Source of the DNA: an uncultured Planctomycetia bacterium
Lineage (GTDB): Bacteria > Omnitrophota > Gorgyraeia > 1-14-0-20-64-10
DNA: 64,000 nucleotides
Direction of reading: 5' to 3'
Assembly (NCBI GenBank): GCA_964373715.1
Contig: CAYJVR010000001.1
Span: forward strand, 149,164-213,163
Shown: positions 58,292 through 64,000 of the stretch, one piece after another
How the letters are laid out: each line of letters opens with the position of its first letter
Numbering within the stretch: position 1 is the first letter of the stretch
The notes under the pieces: model-generated
The model's input: only the letters and a program-made list of their open reading frames with translations
Database searches by the model: none
What the model was told of the DNA's origin: nothing
Translations under genes and position numbers: made by a program

Positions 58292-60014
58292 AATCGCCGA
58301 TGCGTTCGACCAGATCGCCGATCTGCTTGAGCTCAAAGGGGAGAATCCGTTCCGAATCCGTGCCTACCGCCGGGCTGCTCTCAACCTGAGGGGTTTGACG
58401 AAGGATCTGGAGGCCGCCGCGAAGGCAGTCACGCTGGAGCAGATTCCGGGTATAGGCAAAGAGCTGGCGGCGAAGATACAGGAGATGATCTCTTCCGGCC
58501 GGCTGGAGTTCCTCGAAAAGCTGAAAAAAGAGGTGCCCGAAGCCCTGGCGACCCTCATGACTATCCCCGGGATCGGCCCAAAGACAGCGAAGCTGGTTTA
58601 CGACCGTTTCAAGGTGAAGTCCCCCGAAGAGCTTGGGCGGCTGGTCAAGTCGGGGAAACTGCGCCTTTTGCCCGGGTTCCAGCAGAAAAAAGAGGAGAAC
58701 ATCCTGCGGGGCATCCAGCTGGTCAAGGCCGGTCAGGAGAGGATGACGCTCGGGGCGGCGGTCCGGTTATCCGAAGAGATCCTGGGCTACCTGAAGAAAG
58801 TGAAGGGGATTAAGAGGATTAGCATGGCCGGAAGCCTCCGCCGTCGGAAGGAGACGGTCCGGGACATAGATATCCTGATCACCTCCACGACCCCCGCGCG
58901 GGTCATGGACCACTTTGTTCGGCTGCCTCTGGCGGGCCAGGTTCAGGCGCATGGGAAGACCAAGTCGAGCATACGGACGCGCCAAGGGATCCAGGTGGAC
59001 CTCCGCGTGGTTGAGCCGGACTCTTTCGGGGCGGCTCTCGTTTATTTCACCGGGTCGAAGGAGCACAACATCAAAATCCGCTCTCTCGCCAACCGGATGG
59101 GGCTCACGGTCAATGAGTATGGTGTTTTTAGGGAGAAGAGCGGGAAGCGGGTGGCGGGCAGCGAAGAGGAGGATGTTTATAAGGTGTTGGGGCTGGCCTG
59201 GGTCCCGCCGGAATTGAGGGAAGACCGGGGGGAGGTTGAGGCGGCCGCGCAGGGATTGCTGCCTCATCTTGTTGAGTGGAAAGACGTCCTCGGGTCGTTC
59301 CATAACCACTCCACCTGGTCTGACGGGCATCATCCGATTGAACAGGTGGCCGAGGCGGTGAAGGCCAAAGGGTACCGGTACATGCTTTTGTCAGACCATT
59401 CCAAATCTCTCCGGGTGGCGAGGGGATTGAGTGAGGCAGACCTGCTCAAGCAGATGGAACAGGTCCGTTTGCTGAACAAGAGAATGAAGCCGTTTAGGAT
59501 CCTTATGGGTTCCGAGGTGGATATCCTCCCGGACGGCAGGCTCGATTATTCCGACGCCGTGTTGCGGAGGCTGGACATGGTTATCGCCGCGGTGCATTCG
59601 TCGTTCAAACAGCCTAAAGAGGTCATGACGGCCCGGGTGACGAAAGCGATCAGGAACCGGTATGTCTCCATTCTCGCCCACCCCACGGGGCGCCTTTTGG
59701 GGGAAAGGGAAGCCTATGAGATTGACATGGAGGAGATTTGCCGCGTTGCCGCCCGGACGAAGACGGCTTTGGAGATCAACTGTTATACCAAAAGGCTTGA
59801 TCTGAATGATACGCATGCGAGGATGGCCCGGGAGGCGGGGGCCTCCCTGGTTGTCTCCACGGATACCCATTCGCTTGATCAGTTGGATTCGATGGATTTA
59901 GGTTTGGCCATGGCGCGCAGGGCCTGGAGCGGGCCTGAGGACGTCATCAACACAATGGATTTAGAGCACCTTCAGTCCTGGGTTGCGGAAAAACGGGAGG
60001 AGGGTAAAGTATGA
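58278..60014 (+). CDS. polX: family X DNA polymerase with C-terminal PHP domain
   Basis: N-terminal HhH/8-kDa domain. Pol-beta-like nucleotidyltransferase (GSLRRRKETVRDIDIL). C-terminal PHP (HNHSTWSDGH). Confidence 0.85.
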   Translation: MRQIEIADAFDQIADLLELKGENPFRIRAYRRAALNLRGLTKDLEAAAKAVTLEQIPGIGKELAAKIQEMISSGRLEFLEKLKKEVPEALATLMTIPGIGPKTAKLVYDRFKVKSPEELGRLVKSGKLRLLPGFQQKKEENILRGIQLVKAGQERMTLGAAVRLSEEILGYLKKVKGIKRISMAGSLRRRKETVRDIDILITSTTPARVMDHFVRLPLAGQVQAHGKTKSSIRTRQGIQVDLRVVEPDSFGAALVYFTGSKEHNIKIRSLANRMGLTVNEYGVFREKSGKRVAGSEEEDVYKVLGLAWVPPELREDRGEVEAAAQGLLPHLVEWKDVLGSFHNHSTWSDGHHPIEQVAEAVKAKGYRYMLLSDHSKSLRVARGLSEADLLKQMEQVRLLNKRMKPFRILMGSEVDILPDGRLDYSDAVLRRLDMVIAAVHSSFKQPKEVMTARVTKAIRNRYVSILAHPTGRLLGEREAYEIDMEEICRVAARTKTALEINCYTKRLDLNDTHARMAREAGASLVVSTDTHSLDQLDSMDLGLAMARRAWSGPEDVINTMDLEHLQSWVAEKREEGKV

Positions 60015-60325
60015 TCGCCGAGTTCTGTATTATCCCGATAGGAAGAGGGAGCCGTTTCAGCGGCCGGCTGGCTAAAGTGTTTCGGCTGGTGGATTCCAGC
60101 GGCCTTGATTACCGGCTTGGCCCGATGGGGACATCGGTTGAGGGCGGATGGGATGAGGTCATGGGATTAATCAAGGAGTGCCACCAGCTCCTTCTCTCGG
60201 AAAGCGACCGGGTCTGGATGACGATCAAGATTGATGACCGCAAGGATAAGAAAAAAGGGAAGGGGCGCCTGTCGGCTAAGATGGAGTCGGTGGTGAGGAA
60301 ATCCGGCCGGTGCCTCAAGACCTGA
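60011..60325 (+). CDS. MTH1187/YkoF-family (DUF77) thiamine-binding-like protein
   Basis: ATGA overlap. MIAEFCIIPIG...G.SVEGGWDEV pattern of the MTH1187 family. Confidence 0.7.
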   Translation: MIAEFCIIPIGRGSRFSGRLAKVFRLVDSSGLDYRLGPMGTSVEGGWDEVMGLIKECHQLLLSESDRVWMTIKIDDRKDKKKGKGRLSAKMESVVRKSGRCLKT

Positions 60326-60999
60326 AAAGAAGTTTATCCGGCATCTACCGCAGGCTTTTTTCCCGTTTCGGGCGGCAGCGTTGGTGGCCCGGCGAAACCC
60401 CTTTCGAGGTAATGGTCGGCGCCATACTCACGCAGAACACCGCCTGGACGAATGTGTCGAAAGCGATTGAGAATCTCCGGCGGGCCGGTCTCCTCGACCC
60501 GTTTCGGCTTGATCAGGTTCCCCTGGCGCGTTTAGCCTCCTTGATTCGCCCTTCCGGTTACTTCAACCAGAAGGCAAAGCGGCTGAAAATTTTTGTCCGG
60601 TATTACGTTGCCTCTTATTCCGGCGATATCGGCCGTTTCCGGCGTATGCCTCCGGGAAAGCTCCGGGAAGAGCTGCTGGCTCTCTCCGGTATTGGTCCTG
60701 AGACGGCAGACAGCATCCTGCTCTATGCCGCTGGGAAGCCGGTTTTTGTCGTGGATGCCTATACCCGGCGAATCCTTGCCCGGCACGGTTTTATCCGCTG
60801 GGAAGCCCCCTACGATGAAATTAAGGCCCTTTTTATGAGGCATATGCCTCATAAAACCATTCTTTTCAACGAATACCATGCTTTAATTGTAGCGCTTGGA
60901 AAGGATTTATGCCGCCGCACCTGTCCCCAGTGCCACCAGTGTCCCTTGCGCCAGGTTGGAAAGCTTCGCTTGGAGACCCCCCCGGCTCCTCTTCAGTAA
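60310..60999 (+). CDS. HhH-GPD superfamily protein (endonuclease III-related)
   Basis: HhH-GPD (LLALSGIGPETADSILLYA...VVDAY.R). C-terminal Cys cluster CRRTCPQCHQCP. Confidence 0.75.
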   Translation: MPQDLKRSLSGIYRRLFSRFGRQRWWPGETPFEVMVGAILTQNTAWTNVSKAIENLRRAGLLDPFRLDQVPLARLASLIRPSGYFNQKAKRLKIFVRYYVASYSGDIGRFRRMPPGKLREELLALSGIGPETADSILLYAAGKPVFVVDAYTRRILARHGFIRWEAPYDEIKALFMRHMPHKTILFNEYHALIVALGKDLCRRTCPQCHQCPLRQVGKLRLETPPAPLQ

Positions 61000-61313
61000 G
61001 GCATTATAAGTAATTTAAAACAAAAGGGTTACGAATATAGATGTAACCAATTGATAAATAATGGTTTAAGTCTCCATGTTTGGTGTCAAGGGGGTATAGG
61101 GCCTAAATTGTTGAAAAATCATATATATAAAGTATTTATTTTAATATAGTTACATTTTTAGGCCTTGTATTCACTGGATGGGTCCATATACTTAGAAATG
61201 GAACAGAAAGCCCTCATTCTACAATGCAAATTTTGTGGAATGGGGGTTTCGAGTGTAGAGGGGAGGGCCCCTGAGAAGGGGAAGCTCCCCTAGGTTAAAA
61301 GGAGGGAGTGACC

Positions 61314-61475
61314 ATGAAAGGTGAACATGTTGATTTGCTTACTGGTGTCCTGATTGGGATCGTTATCGGTGGAATGTACTCTGTCCACCTAGGGGTAGTT
61401 CTCCCGATTCTGGTAGGGACGCTAGGGATCGTATTCGGCCTGAAGTTTTTGGGCCTACTCCGCTAAAGCGCTAAG
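61314..61475 (+). CDS. small hydrophobic membrane peptide (53 aa)
   Basis: Strong SD AAAGGAGGGAG 7 nt upstream of the ATG. Gly-zipper-like TM MKGEHVDLLTGVLIGIVIGGMYSVHLGVVLPILVGTLGIVFG. Followed by a strong terminator. Below the ORF-track size cutoff. Confidence 0.45.
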
Positions 61476-61498
61476 CTCGCTTAAGCGGGCAAAAGAGC

Positions 61499-61541
61499 AG
61501 CCCTCCACCGCACGGAGCGGTGGAGGGCTGTGTTTTTTCTT
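61499..61541 (+). terminator. Rho-independent terminator
   Basis: 14-bp perfect stem CAGCCCTCCACCGC-acgga-GCGGTGGAGGGCTG followed by TGTTTTTTCTT. Confidence 0.65.
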
Positions 61542-62061
61542 GACCTTCTTTCTCCTCAAGGTTAAACTGTACCATCTGAAAAGAAGTGCTTTCGAAAGGC
61601 AGTTTAATCCGAATGAAGTTCCGATTGTTTGATTTTCGGCCAACACCGACTATGATCCGGGGGATAGTGATCGGCCTGGTCGTTGGTGCTTTCCTGCGAA
61701 CGATATTGCTCCGCAGCTGATGACCCTCAACCGTGCGCACTGTTTTCGCTAGCTTCTTTCTTGGGGCTTTTGTAAATTGGTAATCCCTCCGGGTCAATAG
61801 ATCTGCCGGGTTGTTGGCCCTAGAGGTTTTCTCCCAGTAGTCCGTTTAGCCCTCCAGTCTGTCTCCGTCTTAAATTCTCCAGAGATTTTCTCCCGCAGGG
61901 ATCCAAGAGTTATCCACAGGATTTCTATAGATGGTTATAACTCATTTATTTTTAATAGATTAAACAGAATTCACGCTAGTCTATATATTAACATAAGAAT
62001 CATTATCAGACGTTATGGGGAAGTGGGATTTAGCCCGGTTTGGAGTATGGAAGAGGCGGTT

Positions 62062-63177
62062 TTAAGGTGTTTGTAGCTTATTCAGGGCCCAGGTTGCGTG
62101 CTCCCGGACCAATTTGGAGGAGTCTTTCTCTGCGGTTTCTTGAAGTAGCGGGATCAGGCCGGTGTTTTTTAAATTTGCCGCCGTGACAGCGGCATTTCTC
62201 AGTAATCCCTCCCGTTTGGCTCTCATAAGAGGTGTCCCGGCAAACCGAGCTAAAAAGGTTTCCTCGGTCCGGCAGGCCAGGATTTCGGCCAGAGGAAGGG
62301 CCGCCCCTGCCCCATTTTGGGCCTGAAATTCAGGCCAGGGGGTATTATGGGAGGCTTTCCGGTTATAGGGGCAGACCTCCTGGCAGATGTCGCAACCAAA
62401 GAGCCAGGGGCCTGTTTTTTCCCTTAACGGCGGGGAAATTTCTTCCCTGTTTTCTATGGTCAAATTGGCGATACACTTGTGGGCGTCCAATTGGTACGGC
62501 CTGCTTACGCTGAGGGCTTCGGTGGGACAGGCCTCCAGGCAGATCGTGCAGTTGCCGCAGTCCCAGGAAATCGGCTGGTCAAACACCAACTCCAGGTTGG
62601 TCAGCAGGGCCGTCAGGAAGACGAAAGAACCTCCCTTGGGAAGGATCAGCATGGTATTTTTCCCGATGAAGCCGAGCCCTGCCGCCTCTGCCAAAGCCCG
62701 CTCCTGGACCGGAGCTGTGTCGATTGACTTCACCAGCTGGGCGACCGGCACCTGGCTGAGGATGAAGCCCTCCAGCTTCTTGACCCTTTTTTCCAAGACA
62801 CGGTGGTAGTCTTTTCCGTGCGCGTACCGGGCGATTCGGCCGGCGTCCGGGGCGGGTGCGGCTTCCCTGCCGTTCTCGTAAGGAGCGGTCAGAATGAGGA
62901 TGCTTTTGAGATTGGGGATCTTTTCGCGCAGTTTCTGCTGCCGGTTGAAGAAGTCCTCCATGTAGCCGAGATCGCCGCTGAAGCCGGCCGACAGCCACCC
63001 GCTGAGGTTCACGTGGCGTTTTCGGAGTGCTTCCGGGGCGGCGACACCGGCTGAGAGAAAACCCAGGCGCAGAGCTTCCTCTTTAATGATGCGGGTTAAT
63101 TGGGAACTATCCGGCTGTTCTAAGGTTGTGTGAAGCGTTGAAGGATCGGGCTGATCAGAGATAGGTTGGGGTGTCAT
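62062..63177 (-). CDS. queG: tRNA epoxyqueuosine reductase
   Basis: Two 4Fe-4S ferredoxin motifs (CxxCxxCxxxCP x2) in a QueG-like core. C-terminal HEAT-like repeats. Confidence 0.85.
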   Translation of the reverse strand: MTPQPISDQPDPSTLHTTLEQPDSSQLTRIIKEEALRLGFLSAGVAAPEALRKRHVNLSGWLSAGFSGDLGYMEDFFNRQQKLREKIPNLKSILILTAPYENGREAAPAPDAGRIARYAHGKDYHRVLEKRVKKLEGFILSQVPVAQLVKSIDTAPVQERALAEAAGLGFIGKNTMLILPKGGSFVFLTALLTNLELVFDQPISWDCGNCTICLEACPTEALSVSRPYQLDAHKCIANLTIENREEISPPLREKTGPWLFGCDICQEVCPYNRKASHNTPWPEFQAQNGAGAALPLAEILACRTEETFLARFAGTPLMRAKREGLLRNAAVTAANLKNTGLIPLLQETAEKDSSKLVREHATWALNKLQTP

Positions 63178-64000
63178 CCGAAACGCGCCAGAGCTCGCAG
63201 AGATTTTCCGGCAGCTCCTGGAGAAAGGTGGAAGGCCGCATCAGTACTTCGCCGCGCTGGTAGGTGTAGCGTGTCAGCGGATAGGTCAAATAAAGGTGGT
63301 TTTTTGTTCTTGTGGTAGCGACATAGAAAAGACGGCGTTCCTCTTCGAGGGCCTCAGGATCTTCGGCAGATTTTGCGTGAGGGAACAGCCCCTCCACAAG
63401 CCCTATGATAAAGACAGAGTTCCATTCGAGGCCTTTAGCCTGATGGATGGTGGAGAGCACGAGGAACTCGTCCGGTTGCTCCCAGCCCAAGAGGGTTTCC
63501 CCTTTAAACGGTTCTCTGAGGGTCAGATCCTCGACAAAACGGCCGACATTATCGTAGTTTGCCGCGAGGTTGATGAGCTGCTCGATGTCTTCTTTCCGGT
63601 TCTGCGCATCTTTGAAATGGTTTTTCAGGTAATCTTCGTAGCCGGAGCGCAGGACGGCCAGGATGAGTTCGACCGGATGGTTGGAAACGGCCGGATTGGA
63701 TAATTCCCGGAATATCAAACAGAGTCGTTTCCACGCGGATTTTGCTCTTGCCGGCAGAGAATCAATCTCCTTGCCCCGCGCCGCTTCGGACATTGGGTTG
63801 GATGCCGAAGAAAGGGTTTCCCATATCTTTCGGGCATAGCTGGAGCCGATCCCCTCCTGGAGCTGTAGCACCCTTTGCCATGCCAGCTCGTCGTGCGGGT
63901 TCACCAGAATGCGCAGGTGCCCCATAACATCTTTGATGTGCGCCTGCTCGAAGAACCGGACGCCTCCGCGGACAAGGTAAGGGATGTTCCGTTTAGCCAA
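63155..64000 (-). CDS. UvrD/Rep/PcrA-family DNA helicase, C-terminal part; N-terminus beyond window
   Basis: Helicase motifs V/VI (TIHQAKGLEWNSVFIIG...VATTRTK). ORF continues past position 64000. Overlaps the queG start by ~20 nt. Confidence 0.75.
   Translation of the reverse strand: MAKRNIPYLVRGGVRFFEQAHIKDVMGHLRILVNPHDELAWQRVLQLQEGIGSSYARKIWETLSSASNPMSEAARGKEIDSLPARAKSAWKRLCLIFRELSNPAVSNHPVELILAVLRSGYEDYLKNHFKDAQNRKEDIEQLINLAANYDNVGRFVEDLTLREPFKGETLLGWEQPDEFLVLSTIHQAKGLEWNSVFIIGLVEGLFPHAKSAEDPEALEEERRLFYVATTRTKNHLYLTYPLTRYTYQRGEVLMRPSTFLQELPENLCELWRVSDDTPTYL

Noticed and set aside
1-64000. CRISPR arrays, rRNA genes, IS elements/transposases
   Set aside because: Searched by eye for regularly spaced direct repeats, rRNA-like conserved stretches and transposase/integrase motifs. 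None seen.

Overview
High-GC (~60%) bacterial chromosomal segment, gene-dense and almost entirely + strand; only 40.3-43.1 kb and 62.0-64.0 kb are on the - strand. No rRNA, CRISPR array, transposase or integrase was recognised.

Housekeeping genes run through the window: lipA (5' partial), pcm, rpsU, efp, accB, accC, aroQ, aroB, rnc, pfk, gmhA with a heptose adenylyltransferase, thiE, ald, polX, queG and a tRNA-Gly(CCC). Envelope genes sit between them: glycosyltransferases, an LpxL-like acyltransferase, TonB/TonB-dependent receptor genes, two SPOR proteins, an SH3b protein and M23/M16/M50 peptidases.

Two riboswitches are readable directly from the sequence. A cobalamin riboswitch precedes a BtuB-like TonB-dependent receptor. 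A c-di-GMP-I (GEMM) riboswitch with an intrinsic terminator lies in front of a small excisionase-family HTH gene and a histidine kinase.

The GEMM element sits inside a ~12 kb second-messenger and two-component locus (45.2-57 kb). It carries a tandem-receiver response regulator, a 7TM-GAF-HD-GYP phosphodiesterase, three PilZ genes, two histidine kinases (one hybrid with a degenerate GGDEF tail) and three stand-alone receivers. This is the most system-like and least-described feature of the window.

Second is an overlapping five-gene string: a GAF-HD-GYP protein, a small winged-helix-like protein, two envelope proteins and a 1019-aa UvrD-helicase fused to a Cas4-type Fe-S nuclease. An ATPase-HIT-dGTPase triplet, AT-rich islands with small hydrophobic peptide genes, and several start-codon or frameshift anomalies are also noted.
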